Assembly: GCA_036558305.1 (NCBI GenBank)
Contig: DATBFX010000008.1
Location: forward strand, 7,113-71,112
Direction: 5' to 3'
DNA length: 64,000 bases
Source of the DNA: Thermomicrobiales bacterium
GTDB lineage: Bacteria; Chloroflexota; Chloroflexia; Thermomicrobiales; UBA6265
Below are positions 54,492-63,848 of this stretch, in pieces. The notes under the pieces were generated by a model. The model saw only the letters and a program-made list of their open reading frames with translations. It searched no databases and was not told the origin of the DNA. The translations under genes were made by a program, and so were the position numbers. Each line of letters opens with the position of its first letter. Positions within the stretch are counted from its first letter, which is position 1.

Positions 54492-55724
54492 CTAACGGCG
54501 ACCGGCTTCCAGCAATTCACCCCTGGCGATCTCGCCGAGGATGCGGATGCCGGGTTCGATCTGCTCGTCGCGGGCGAAGGAGTAGGAGAGCCGCACCTGA
54601 TTCTTGCCGCCCCCGTCGACGTAGCAGGTGGCGCCCGGCAGATACTCAATCCCGCGCTCCTTCGCCTGCGGGAGCATGCGGGCTGCGTCGATGCCTTCCG
54701 GTAGCGTCAGCCAGATGAAAAAGCCGCCGTCGGGTGTCGTCCAGGTCGTGCCTTCCGGCATGTGTTTCGCCAACGCCGCGATCATCAGATCGCGCCGCCG
54801 GTGGTAGACCTCCTTCAGGTTCGCGATGTGCGCGTCGAGGTTGTCGGGGATCCAGGCGGCCGCGACGTGGGAGCCGAAGATGTTTGTTCCCCCGTCCACC
54901 TTGAGAACGGACATCCGGCGGACGATCTCTTCGGACGCGACCAACCAACCGATCCGCATGCCGGCGCCCATGATCTTCGAGAGGGTGCCGAGGTACATCG
55001 TCGAGCCGCTGTCGTCGAGGGTGTAGATCGGCGGGATGCGCTCCCCGGCGTAGCGCAGGTCGTGGTAGGCGTCGTCCTCCAGGATCAGCGTCCCGTACTC
55101 CTGGGCCAGTTCGACCAGGCGCTGGCGTCGTTCCAGCGTCGTCGAGATCCCGCTGGGATTCTGGAAATTGGAGATCACGTAGGTGAACTTCGGCGTGACC
55201 CCGTCGCCCTTGAGGCGGGCCAATTCCCGCTCGAGCGCGTCGGTGTCGGTGCCCTGGTCGTCGAGCGGGACGGCGACGGCCTTGCCGCCGACGTTCTTCA
55301 AGGCGTAGAGGAATCCCATCCAGGTCGGCGACTCGACGATCACCGTGTCGTCCCAGTCGACCAGCAGATCGAGCGCCAATTGGACGGCTTGCGAACCGCC
55401 GGAGGTGATCAGGACGTTGTCGGGACCGGCGACGATGCCCTGATCCCGCCGCAGCTTCGCGAGGAGGGTATCGACCAGACACGGGGCGCCGGTCGTCTTG
55501 CCGTACTGCAACGCCCATTCGCCGTCGGCTTCGAGGGCGCGGGCCGTCGCCGCGGCCACGCTCTCTTTCGGCAGCGTGCCGGGATCGGGGAAACCGTAGC
55601 TGAACGAGATCAGGTTGGCCGACTGGCGGGGATCGCCGATGCGCGGGCTCGGCAGGTCGCGCGCCCGCCGCGAGTAGAGCGCCTGGAGGTTCGATTGCGG
55701 TCGTGCAACGGTCGTCTCGGTCAT
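54492..55724 (-). CDS. PLP-dependent aminotransferase (class I/II, AAT-like)
   Basis: ATG at 55724. 410 aa. The fold-type I pattern includes SKIMGAGMRIGW (Lys-PLP region). Confidence 0.85.
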   Translation of the reverse strand: MTETTVARPQSNLQALYSRRARDLPSPRIGDPRQSANLISFSYGFPDPGTLPKESVAAATARALEADGEWALQYGKTTGAPCLVDTLLAKLRRDQGIVAGPDNVLITSGGSQAVQLALDLLVDWDDTVIVESPTWMGFLYALKNVGGKAVAVPLDDQGTDTDALERELARLKGDGVTPKFTYVISNFQNPSGISTTLERRQRLVELAQEYGTLILEDDAYHDLRYAGERIPPIYTLDDSGSTMYLGTLSKIMGAGMRIGWLVASEEIVRRMSVLKVDGGTNIFGSHVAAAWIPDNLDAHIANLKEVYHRRRDLMIAALAKHMPEGTTWTTPDGGFFIWLTLPEGIDAARMLPQAKERGIEYLPGATCYVDGGGKNQVRLSYSFARDEQIEPGIRILGEIARGELLEAGRR

Positions 55725-55953
55725 CGGCGTGTTTGCTCCTCGGCGGCGCCCCAGGCGCGCGAATCGGGTCGACAAGGGCCGATTGTACGGGCGCCCGGCC
55801 GCCTCGGGCAACGGGCGGCCAAAACGGATCGTCGCGCGATTGTGCGGCGACCACAGCGGCCGGGCGCGCGGTCGATGGTAGAATCGCCCGAGGGCTTCCC
55901 CAATTGGTACCCCAAGATCGTTTTCGGATGGAAGATTCAGGAGTTTCGTCACG

Positions 55954-56994
55954 GTGAGCGACGCGCCAGTCATTTCCCCCAACGGTACCGAACCGTCAAT
56001 CGACCTCTACGACATCACGATCATCGGCGCCGGTCCGACCGGTCTCTTCGCGGCCTTCTACGCGGGCATGCGCCAGGCGCGGACGCTGATCCTCGATTCG
56101 CTGGAAGAACCGGGCGGCGCGCTGACCGCGATCTATCCGGAGAAGTACATCTACGACGTCGCCGGTTTCCCCAAGGTGCTCGCCAAGGACTTCGTCGAGC
56201 AGATGGTGATCCAGGCGATGCGGGATCAACCGACCGTCAGTCTGAACGAAGAGGTGCTCGGTCTCGAGGCGTTGCCGGACGGACTTCTCAAACTGACGAC
56301 GAGTCGCGGCGAGCGCTACAGCAAGACGGTGATCGTCTGCGCCGGGGTCGGCGCCTTCGAACCGAAGCGGCTCGACGCGCCCGGTGTCAAGGAACTCGAA
56401 GGCCGCGGTGTCCACTACTTCGCGAAGCGGGTCGAGGATTTCCGCGACAAGGACGTCGTCATCGTCGGCGGCGGGGATTCGGCGGTCGATTGGGCCGTCA
56501 CCCTCGAACCGATCGCCCGCCACGTCACGGTGATCCACCGCTCCAAGTTCCGCGCCCACGAAGCGACGGTCAAGGAATTGGAAGAGTCCCGCGTCGAGTT
56601 GCGCTATCCGGGGTGCGAAGTGATCGAAGCGCACGCCCACGAAGACGGGCGGCTCTACGCGGTGACCTACAAGAATGGTGAGGGCGAGCAGTTCCGCATC
56701 CCCGCCGACGAGTTGATCGTCGCGATTGGGTTCGTCGCGGATCTCGGTCCGCTCAAGACCTGGGGATTCGAACTCCACCGCAACCAGATCGTCGTCGACA
56801 AGATCACGATGGGCACCAATATCCCCGGCGTCTTCGCCGCCGGCGACATCGCCTGGTACCCGGCCAAATTCAAACTGATCGCGACCGGGGCCGCCGAAGC
56901 GGTCACCGCCGTCAATCACGCGGTCACCTTCATCGACCCGAAGGCGCGGCTCGATCCCGGTCACTCGACCAACATCATGGCGGCGCGGACGTGA
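55954..56994 (+). CDS. Ferredoxin-NADP+ reductase, thioredoxin-reductase-like type (YumC-like)
   Basis: GTG start. IIGAGPTGLFAAFYAGMR (FAD), VIVGGGDSAVDWA (NADPH) and the C-terminal GHST tail are typical. Confidence 0.85.
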   Translation: MSDAPVISPNGTEPSIDLYDITIIGAGPTGLFAAFYAGMRQARTLILDSLEEPGGALTAIYPEKYIYDVAGFPKVLAKDFVEQMVIQAMRDQPTVSLNEEVLGLEALPDGLLKLTTSRGERYSKTVIVCAGVGAFEPKRLDAPGVKELEGRGVHYFAKRVEDFRDKDVVIVGGGDSAVDWAVTLEPIARHVTVIHRSKFRAHEATVKELEESRVELRYPGCEVIEAHAHEDGRLYAVTYKNGEGEQFRIPADELIVAIGFVADLGPLKTWGFELHRNQIVVDKITMGTNIPGVFAAGDIAWYPAKFKLIATGAAEAVTAVNHAVTFIDPKARLDPGHSTNIMAART

Positions 56995-57101
56995 GTCGTC
57001 AGTCGTCAGTCGTTAGCAGAGACGGACAGACGGACAGACGGACAGACGGACAGACGGACAGACGGACAAGAGACGTTCTAACGACTAACGACTGACGACT
57101 C
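56993..57101. repeat. Heptamer-stem hairpin element: 24-bp stem (GTCGTCA-type heptamers, 1 mismatch) around a 61-nt loop of about six ACGGACAG octamers
   Basis: Left arm 56993-57016 is GAGTCGTCAGTCGTCAGTCGTTAG. Right arm 57078-57101 is CTAACGACTAACGACTGACGACTC. The loop holds 5 perfect and 1 imperfect ACGGACAG units. The element starts at the FNR stop codon. Confidence 0.85.
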
Positions 57102-57142
57102 AGATAGAGCGTGCGCTCCGGCGCCGTTCGCACCAGGATGGG

Positions 57143-58375
57143 ATGCCGCCGGTGACGGTCGAAACACTCCCTGCACCGCCGGATTGCTCCCGCGTTCGTG
57201 TGAGCACAGCCGCGTCGGGACTGACCGGTCTGCTCGTCTTGATGTTCGGCGCGTTCATCGGCCTCGGTCTCATGGACGGCGCCGGTGGCGTGCTCTGGGC
57301 CGACGTCATCGACGCGTTCGGTGTCTCCAAGGGCGTTTTCGGGCTGCTCAGCGGATTCGGCCTCGCCGTCTCGTTCCCGATCTTGCTCTTCGGCGGCCGT
57401 CTCACCGAGCGGTTCGACAAGCGGTCGCTGCTCGCCGTTTCGTTCCTCGGGATGGGTGTCGCCTGTCTCGGTCTCCTGACCGGCGCGGGCGGAATCGTCG
57501 TCTTCGCGGTCAGCCTGACCCTCCGCGCCTCCAGCATCACGCTCCTCGACCTCTCGAACAATGCGCTGGCGATGGACTACGAGCAGGCGACGGACCGGCG
57601 CATCATGAGTCCGCTCCACGCCGGATTCAGCGGCGGCACGATGCTCGGGGCCGGCATCGTCTGGGTTGCGCTGGCAGCCGGCGGCGGTTTCGGCGTCGTC
57701 TACCTCGGTCTGGCGATCGTCTTTGTGCTGGCCGTGGCCGGAACCGTGCAGGTCCGTCGCACCCTCCGTCTACCCTACCTCCGATCAACCGAGCGCGAGG
57801 CGCCGGCGGTGGCCCTGTCGCTGCTGCGCCGGCGCGACGTTCGCTGGTTCGCCGCGATCACGGGGCTGGCGTTCGGCGGCGAGGCGCTGATCTCGCAGTG
57901 GGCGGGTATTTACTTGCGTGACGAACGCGGTTTCTCGGCGCGGATTGGTGTCTTCGCGATCGCCGCGTATGGCCTTGCCATGTTCGTCGGGCGCCTTTCA
58001 AACGGGCCGCTCATCGCGCGCCTTGGCGACCGGGGGGCCATCCTCGTGCAAGGCGGAACCACTCTCCTCGGGGGCGTTCTGATCGCATCCGGCGGCCCGG
58101 CTGCCATCGCGGTTCTTGGCTGCGGAATCGCGGGGCTCGGTCTTGCCGGCACCGGCCCGACCGCCCTCAGTATGGCGGGCGCGGCGGTGCCAAGCGCCAC
58201 CGGGGCGGCGTCGGGCGCGACACTGGCGGGCGGTTATCTCGGATTTGCCGGCGCGCCGGCACTGGCGGGGATCGTGGCGTCGCTCTTCTCGGCGCGCGTC
58301 GTGATGGGTGGCGTGGCGTTGGCCGGGTTGCTGGTTGTGGTGATGGCACTGCGCGTGCCGGAACCGAAGGCGTAG
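57143..58375 (+). CDS. MFS transporter
   Basis: 410 aa with about 12 hydrophobic segments. The stop TAG (58373-58375) lies within the palindromic repeat terminus. Confidence 0.75.
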   Translation: MPPVTVETLPAPPDCSRVRVSTAASGLTGLLVLMFGAFIGLGLMDGAGGVLWADVIDAFGVSKGVFGLLSGFGLAVSFPILLFGGRLTERFDKRSLLAVSFLGMGVACLGLLTGAGGIVVFAVSLTLRASSITLLDLSNNALAMDYEQATDRRIMSPLHAGFSGGTMLGAGIVWVALAAGGGFGVVYLGLAIVFVLAVAGTVQVRRTLRLPYLRSTEREAPAVALSLLRRRDVRWFAAITGLAFGGEALISQWAGIYLRDERGFSARIGVFAIAAYGLAMFVGRLSNGPLIARLGDRGAILVQGGTTLLGGVLIASGGPAAIAVLGCGIAGLGLAGTGPTALSMAGAAVPSATGAASGATLAGGYLGFAGAPALAGIVASLFSARVVMGGVALAGLLVVVMALRVPEPKA

Positions 58376-58460
58376 GGGCGGACCGGGTGCCCTCTGGGCG
58401 CTGTCCGCCCTCGTTCGTGAGCGCATTCGTGGCAGGGCGGACACGGCGGTCCGCCCCTAC
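58372..58460. repeat. 89-bp palindromic intergenic repeat, copy 3 (core inverted relative to copies 1 and 2)
   Basis: GTAGGGGCGGACC...GGTCCGCCCCTAC. Both terminal TAG/CTA triplets serve as stop codons of the flanking convergent genes. Confidence 0.85.
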
Positions 58461-59233
58461 GAGTTCATCGCCTCGATCCGATAGATCACACCGGGTCCGC
58501 CCAAATACATGCCGCCGTCGACGTTTACGCAGAGACCGCCGGCGTAGACCAGCGGGGCGACGACTTCGTCGGGCGAAATCCCTTCGGCAAGGCTGATTGG
58601 GGTGTGACCGTGCACCAATCGGCGGGCACCGAAATGACGGAGGAATGCGGCGGCGCGCTCGGTGCCCCCGAGCGAGGAGTCGTCGAAGGCGCGACGATCG
58701 GAGAATTGCTCCACGAGCCGGTCCCACGCCCTCGGATCGCCTGCTTCGAGGACGCGGGCGAGGGAGGTGTTGACTTCGTCGACGTCGTCGCCGTATGCCG
58801 CGTAGAACGTCGTGTCGGCGTGCACGAGAAGGTGGTCGCCGGCGGTGGCCATCGCGGGACGAGACAGCAGCCAATCCGCGTGCCGTGGGACCAGACCCTT
58901 GAGATCGGCCATCACGCCGCCGTTGCGTCGCCAGTTGGCCAGGAACTCGCCACCGAACCGGCGCGCCGCGACGAGCAGCAGATCGTGGTTGCCGAGGAGC
59001 GCCTCGACGCGACCGCCGGCGGATGCGGCTTCGCGCTGCAACCACATCGCCAGGTCGATTGAACCGAGACCGTGTGGCCCGCGGTCGGTGAAATCGCCGC
59101 TGAACCAGAGCGTGGCGGTGCCGCCGGTCCAGGTCAGGGCTTCCGAGATCAAACCGGCTCGCCGAAGCAGGGCGACGGTCCGATCGAGGCTGCCGTGAAC
59201 GTCGCCGACGACGAACGTGGGTGCGTCAGCCAT
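58457..59233 (-). CDS. Metallophosphoesterase (PPP-family Ser/Thr phosphatase / diadenosine tetraphosphatase-like)
   Basis: VVGDVHG, GDFTDRG, GNHD and HGH motifs occur in order. Confidence 0.8.
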   Translation of the reverse strand: MADAPTFVVGDVHGSLDRTVALLRRAGLISEALTWTGGTATLWFSGDFTDRGPHGLGSIDLAMWLQREAASAGGRVEALLGNHDLLLVAARRFGGEFLANWRRNGGVMADLKGLVPRHADWLLSRPAMATAGDHLLVHADTTFYAAYGDDVDEVNTSLARVLEAGDPRAWDRLVEQFSDRRAFDDSSLGGTERAAAFLRHFGARRLVHGHTPISLAEGISPDEVVAPLVYAGGLCVNVDGGMYLGGPGVIYRIEAMNS

Positions 59234-59267
59234 CGCGAAGTACCCGCCGGTCGCGGGCGGCGCCCAC

Positions 59268-60209
59268 CTACTCGATCTCGATCTGTTCGACCGCGTCGCG
59301 GCCGACGTGCAGCCAACGCTCGTCGGTTTCGTCCGGCACGGAGCAGCCGTTGGCCAGGATGAACTTGCGGCCGGCGGTCTGGGCGACCGCGTCGCGTGCC
59401 TCTTCGACGATCTTCTCTTCGGGACCGTTCGAGAGCGCGCCGAATTCGTGCCAGCCGCCCATCAGGCACTTGCTGGTCAGACCGCGCGCTTCGCGCAGAC
59501 TGGGGCCGGCCAGCCGGTCGGACCAATTCAGCACCTGCACCGGGTAGTCGAGGACGAGGTCGAACATCAGATCCTTGTCGCCGTGGATGTGGAGCGTGTT
59601 CAACCACCCGTTGGCCGCCCCTTGGAGCGCGATCAGGTCGTAGGGCCGCCCGAACTCCCGGTATTGCTCTTCGGTCATCACCGCGCGGGTGCATCCTTGC
59701 AGTGCCAGAAAGACGCCGTCGGCGCCTGCCTCGATCACGTCGGCGATGTGGGCGCGGAGGTTTTCGGCGATCACGCTCAGCGCCTCGTGGACCACGGTCG
59801 GCGACTCCTGGGCGTGGGCGAAGAAGCGCTCGCGGTCGACCGCGAAGTAGAGCGCCTCGCAGAGCGGACTAAAGACCGTGACGATGATCGGGGTGTCGTA
59901 GCCGAGTTCGTCGCGGAGGAGTTGGACGCATTCGCCGCGTTGCTGGAAGAAGCGGGAGCGGCCCGCGTCGATCGGTTCGATCAGACGCCAGTCGTTCGGT
60001 TGCTGGATCGACTTCCGCCCGAAGGGGTAGGGGATGTCCGGCATCACCTTGAGGATGTCGAGGTCGAACGTCTCGTCGAAAAAGCGGAGCGAGGCCTCGG
60101 CCATTTTCCGGCCCGAACCCTCGGGTTTGAAATGGTGCCAAAAGCAGACGGGCAAGCGGTCGACCGGTTCGCCCCGCACGGCCGCCATCACCCGTTCGGT
60201 GCGCGTCAT
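59268..60209 (-). CDS. Uroporphyrinogen decarboxylase (URO-D) family protein (MtaA/CmuA-like)
   Basis: MTRTERVMAAVRGEPVDRLP is a typical URO-D-like start, with the TIM-barrel pattern following. Alternative start at 60272. Confidence 0.7.
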   Translation of the reverse strand: MTRTERVMAAVRGEPVDRLPVCFWHHFKPEGSGRKMAEASLRFFDETFDLDILKVMPDIPYPFGRKSIQQPNDWRLIEPIDAGRSRFFQQRGECVQLLRDELGYDTPIIVTVFSPLCEALYFAVDRERFFAHAQESPTVVHEALSVIAENLRAHIADVIEAGADGVFLALQGCTRAVMTEEQYREFGRPYDLIALQGAANGWLNTLHIHGDKDLMFDLVLDYPVQVLNWSDRLAGPSLREARGLTSKCLMGGWHEFGALSNGPEEKIVEEARDAVAQTAGRKFILANGCSVPDETDERWLHVGRDAVEQIEIE

Positions 60210-60406
60210 CTCTTCGAATCGAAACGTGGAACCCGCGGAGGCCGTGGCGCGGCTGGTCGACCGGGCGGACATGGCAACGCTCCTTTGTCAGACGCAAACG
60301 TCGATCCCGCGCAACGCGGTCCCAGTTCGGAGGCGGATCAGGGAGGAAAAACCTGCTCGCACGAAGGCCAATCCTATCACAGGGGGCCGCGCGTCCGGCC
60401 GCCGAC

Positions 60407-61726
60407 TCACTCAGAAGCCACCGCCAATTCGTCCCGCGCCGATTCGCGGGCCAGCCCATTGGTCGAAGGCTCCTCCCGCTGCCCGGCCAGGTGGGGCAGC
60501 CGTGGAAAGACGGTGGCGATCCAGACGATGGAGAAGGCATAACCGATCACGCCGAGACCGAAGGCGGCGCCGAAGCCCCCACCGGGGCGGTCCTGGATGG
60601 CGCCGCTCGCCGCGGCGGCAGCGAACGAGGCGGCGCTCCAGAGCATCGCGTAGAGACCGCTGAACGGGGTTCTGAGGTCGGCGGGGACACGGTCCATCGC
60701 CTCCGTGATGAAGGTCGCTTCGGTGCCGTCGGCGACGGCGTAGTAGACGAAGAGCAAGCCGACGACGGCGACGACGCCGACACCGCTGAAGCAGAGCAAG
60801 ACGGCCGTGGCCGCGATCCCCCGGAAAATCGCGATCGTCCGCAGGTTGCCCAGGCGGAGCGCGATACCCGGCAGGAAGAGGGCACCGACGCCGCCGGCGA
60901 GCGCCAAACCCGCCATGACCGTGCCGATCACGCCCGTCGAGAAACCGAGCCGCTCTTCGAAGAAGACCGACAGGAAGGGGCGAATCGAGTTGTGGCCGAC
61001 CGCCATCCCCGCCTCGGGCATCGCCAGGAGCACGAGCAAGGGCCACGCGGAGCGCGCGCGTTCGCCGTGGACACCGACCGGTCGCGTCGAAACCCGTCGG
61101 ATCGGGCGCGGCACGGCGGCACCGGGCATCGCGCCGTAGGCGACGATCTGGGCGCAGTCGAGGATCGCCACCGTGAGCATCGTCGCCGCCAGAGCACGCG
61201 CTTCGGTGACGCCGAAAAACGACTGGAGAGAGGCCGGAACCCAACCGCCGAGCCCGCCACCGAGCGCCATGCCGCCCGTGACCAGCGAGAACTTGAGGGC
61301 GAACACGTGGGCGCGGCGCGAGGCCGGTGTGGTGGCGGCCAGCAACGGATCGCCGAGAATCCAGAACATGGTGCTCACCATGCCCGACAGGAGGGTGCCG
61401 AGCAGGGTGAGCGCGAACGCGCCCGCGGGTGCGGCGAGGATGACGACCTGCCCGAGCGCGCCGAGGAGCGCACCGGTCATCAGCAGCAGGCGGGTGTGGC
61501 CGCGCGCGCCGAGCCAGGTGACCGGCACGCCGAAGACGAAGAGCGAGATCGACGCTCCGCCGACCAACCAGCCGATGTCCCCGGAGTCGAATCCCCTGGC
61601 TTTGGCGAAGAGCGGAAAGGCGACCGCGAACATCAGGAAGCGGACGGCGTAGAGGACGCCGCCGGTCAGGAAGCGGCGTCCGGCCGGACCGGTGGCTCGC
61701 CAGGTCTCGCGATAGTCGCCGAGCAC
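60407..61726 (-). CDS. MFS transporter
   Basis: 439 aa with about 12 hydrophobic segments. Confidence 0.75.
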   Translation of the reverse strand: MLGDYRETWRATGPAGRRFLTGGVLYAVRFLMFAVAFPLFAKARGFDSGDIGWLVGGASISLFVFGVPVTWLGARGHTRLLLMTGALLGALGQVVILAAPAGAFALTLLGTLLSGMVSTMFWILGDPLLAATTPASRRAHVFALKFSLVTGGMALGGGLGGWVPASLQSFFGVTEARALAATMLTVAILDCAQIVAYGAMPGAAVPRPIRRVSTRPVGVHGERARSAWPLLVLLAMPEAGMAVGHNSIRPFLSVFFEERLGFSTGVIGTVMAGLALAGGVGALFLPGIALRLGNLRTIAIFRGIAATAVLLCFSGVGVVAVVGLLFVYYAVADGTEATFITEAMDRVPADLRTPFSGLYAMLWSAASFAAAAASGAIQDRPGGGFGAAFGLGVIGYAFSIVWIATVFPRLPHLAGQREEPSTNGLARESARDELAVASE

Positions 61727-61757
61727 GCCGCCTCCCGGCGCCGTCGGGCCGGTTGGC

Positions 61758-62792
61758 TCAGACGGCCGACAGGGTCAAGCCCATGCGATCGCGAACGCGC
61801 GTCATCGTCCGCTCGGCGTGGGTGCGGGCGCGGACCGCGCCGTCCGCGAGCATGCCGATCGCGACCTCCGGATGCGCTTCCAGTTCGGCCAGCTTGGTCT
61901 GGATCGGTTGCAGCTTGTCGACCAGGAGGTCGGTCAGGTCCTGCTTGAAGGCGCCGTAGCCGCGACCGGCGAAGCGTTCTTCGACGGCAGGAATCGGCTC
62001 GTCGCTGAAGAGCGAGTAGATCGTCAGCAGATTCGTTAGGGCCGGTTTGTCCGGTCCGGCGACCACGTCGCTGCCGGAGTCGGTAACCGCCCTCCTGATC
62101 TTCCGCGCGATCGCGTCGGCGTCGTCGGTCAAGGCGATGTAGTTCGCGGTCGTCGAGGCGCTCTTGCTCATCTTCTTCGTGGGATCGTCGAGCGCCATGA
62201 TCCGCGCCCCCTCGGGTTTGATGTCGGGTTGCGGCACGACGAAGGTCTCGCCGTAGCGCGAGTTGAACCGCTGGGCGACGTCGCGCGCGAGTTCGACGTG
62301 CTGCCGCTGGTCGTCGCCGACCGGCACCAGATCGGTGTCGTAGAGCAGGATGTCCGCGGCCTGGAGGACGGGGTAGTCGAAAAGCGCCGCGGAGACCGCC
62401 TCGTCCTGCCCGCCCGCCTTGTCCTTGAACTGCGTCATCCGCCGCAGCTCGCCGAACTGCGTGACCGAGTTCAACAGCCAGCAGAGTTCGGCGTGTTCGA
62501 CGACGTCGGACTGGAGAAACAGGATCGACTGCGCGGGATCGATCCCGGAGGCCAGCAGCGTGTTGGCCATCGTGATCGTGTTGTCGACGAGCGAATCGCG
62601 GGTCGTCGGCAAGGTCAACGCGTGCAGATTGACGATGCAGAAGACGTTGTCGTACTGCTGCTGCTGCGTCACCCAATTGCGGATCGCACCCAGGTAGTTG
62701 CCGATGTGACTCGTGCCCGATGGTTGAATCCCAGAGAAGACCCGTTTTCGCCGTGGTTTTCCCAACGGTGCCGTGTCCACCTGATCCGACAT
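61758..62792 (-). CDS. trpS: Tryptophan--tRNA ligase
   Basis: Class I signatures PSGTSHIGNY (HIGH-like) and KMSKS, plus the GDDQRQH block. Alternative start at 62816. Confidence 0.9.
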   Translation of the reverse strand: MSDQVDTAPLGKPRRKRVFSGIQPSGTSHIGNYLGAIRNWVTQQQQYDNVFCIVNLHALTLPTTRDSLVDNTITMANTLLASGIDPAQSILFLQSDVVEHAELCWLLNSVTQFGELRRMTQFKDKAGGQDEAVSAALFDYPVLQAADILLYDTDLVPVGDDQRQHVELARDVAQRFNSRYGETFVVPQPDIKPEGARIMALDDPTKKMSKSASTTANYIALTDDADAIARKIRRAVTDSGSDVVAGPDKPALTNLLTIYSLFSDEPIPAVEERFAGRGYGAFKQDLTDLLVDKLQPIQTKLAELEAHPEVAIGMLADGAVRARTHAERTMTRVRDRMGLTLSAV

Positions 62793-62960
62793 TGCCCTCG
62801 AAATCCTTCCGGCCAAACGAAGCGACAGAGGTCCAATTGGTCGATTATATCCGGGGAGAAGCGTGACGCGGGCGCGGCGGCCGACCGGCCGGATTCGGTC
62901 CGGCGCGATCGGCGATGGGTCGCTTGGATGGAACGCGGTGGGGTGCGAACGCCGGTGAGG

Positions 62961-63311
62961 TTAGTCGTCTTCGCCCGGCTCGGGCACGCAGTCGTCGGGG
63001 GGCAACCAGCGCTTCCCGAATTCGCGCATGCTTTCGATGACAGGCAGAAGGGCGTGACCCTTGTCGGTCAACGAGTATTCGACGCGGGGGGGAACTTCGG
63101 CGAAACAGTGGCGCTCGATCACCTGCGCCTCTTCGAGCCGTTTCAGCCGCTCGGACAGCGTTTTCGGACTGATGCCGATCAGCGAGCGTTCCAACTCGCT
63201 GAAGCGCCGGTGACCGTCGGCCAGATCCCGGACGATCAGCGGGGTCCACTTGTTGCCAATGATCTGGGCCGTGCGCGCGACGGGACAGCCGAGACTTTCG
63301 GTGGTTTCCAT
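62961..63311 (-). CDS. HxlR-family winged-helix transcriptional regulator
   Basis: CPVARTAQIIGNKWTPLIVRDL...RFSELERSLIGISPKTLSERLKRLEE is the HxlR signature. The longer alternative start is 63434. Confidence 0.8.
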   Translation of the reverse strand: METTESLGCPVARTAQIIGNKWTPLIVRDLADGHRRFSELERSLIGISPKTLSERLKRLEEAQVIERHCFAEVPPRVEYSLTDKGHALLPVIESMREFGKRWLPPDDCVPEPGEDD

Positions 63312-63848
63312 GAGCAGCGCCTCACGCGAGCGCCGTTCACCGTGAGGGTGAGCGCTCAGATCGGCGACGGATGGTAGGGCAACCCGACTCACCATAACTT
63401 TCCGAATGATACCAGCCGGCAAACGCTCTATCAAGCCGAGCGAAACCGCGATGGCATCGGCATTTTGGGGAAAACGAACCGCCGTCGGAAGATTCGAAGC
63501 CCCTGACGATCATCGCCGTACTCTTGGACGGACGAGACCGGGACGTGACGCGTCTGGCCCGTCCACCGGAACGACGGCGCTGGACAAACCGACAACCGTG
63601 GACGACCATGCGTGCGGGTGCCGGAGCCGACCGATTGCCCGCACGTTCGCTCGCGCGGCGACGCTCGCCCATCCGACGCACCCAGTCCGGGCGCCATGGC
63701 GTTTCTCCTGCCGAGTCGAGAAGCAGGCAATTGCGGTCGACCTCACCGCATCTGCGACGAGGAGGACGACGCCCGGCGCGAGGACCTGCTTAGCGAGGTG
63801 CCCGCGACCGCGCGGCGGTCGGCTGCGACGGCGCGATTGGAGGGAGCG

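Noticed and set aside
57017-57077. Short direct repeats (octamers here; heptamers at 2418, 20584, 30010) considered as a CRISPR array
   Set aside because: The units are 7-8 nt and strictly tandem with no spacers. No cas genes are present. They are microsatellite-like components of hairpin elements.
63312-63848. Several 90-160-aa ORFs between the HxlR gene and the GerW-like gene
   Set aside because: They overlap one another on both strands and are Arg/Pro/Ser-rich without motifs. The region is more likely a divergent promoter region; the N-terminal extension of the HxlR ORF to 63434 is also doubtful.
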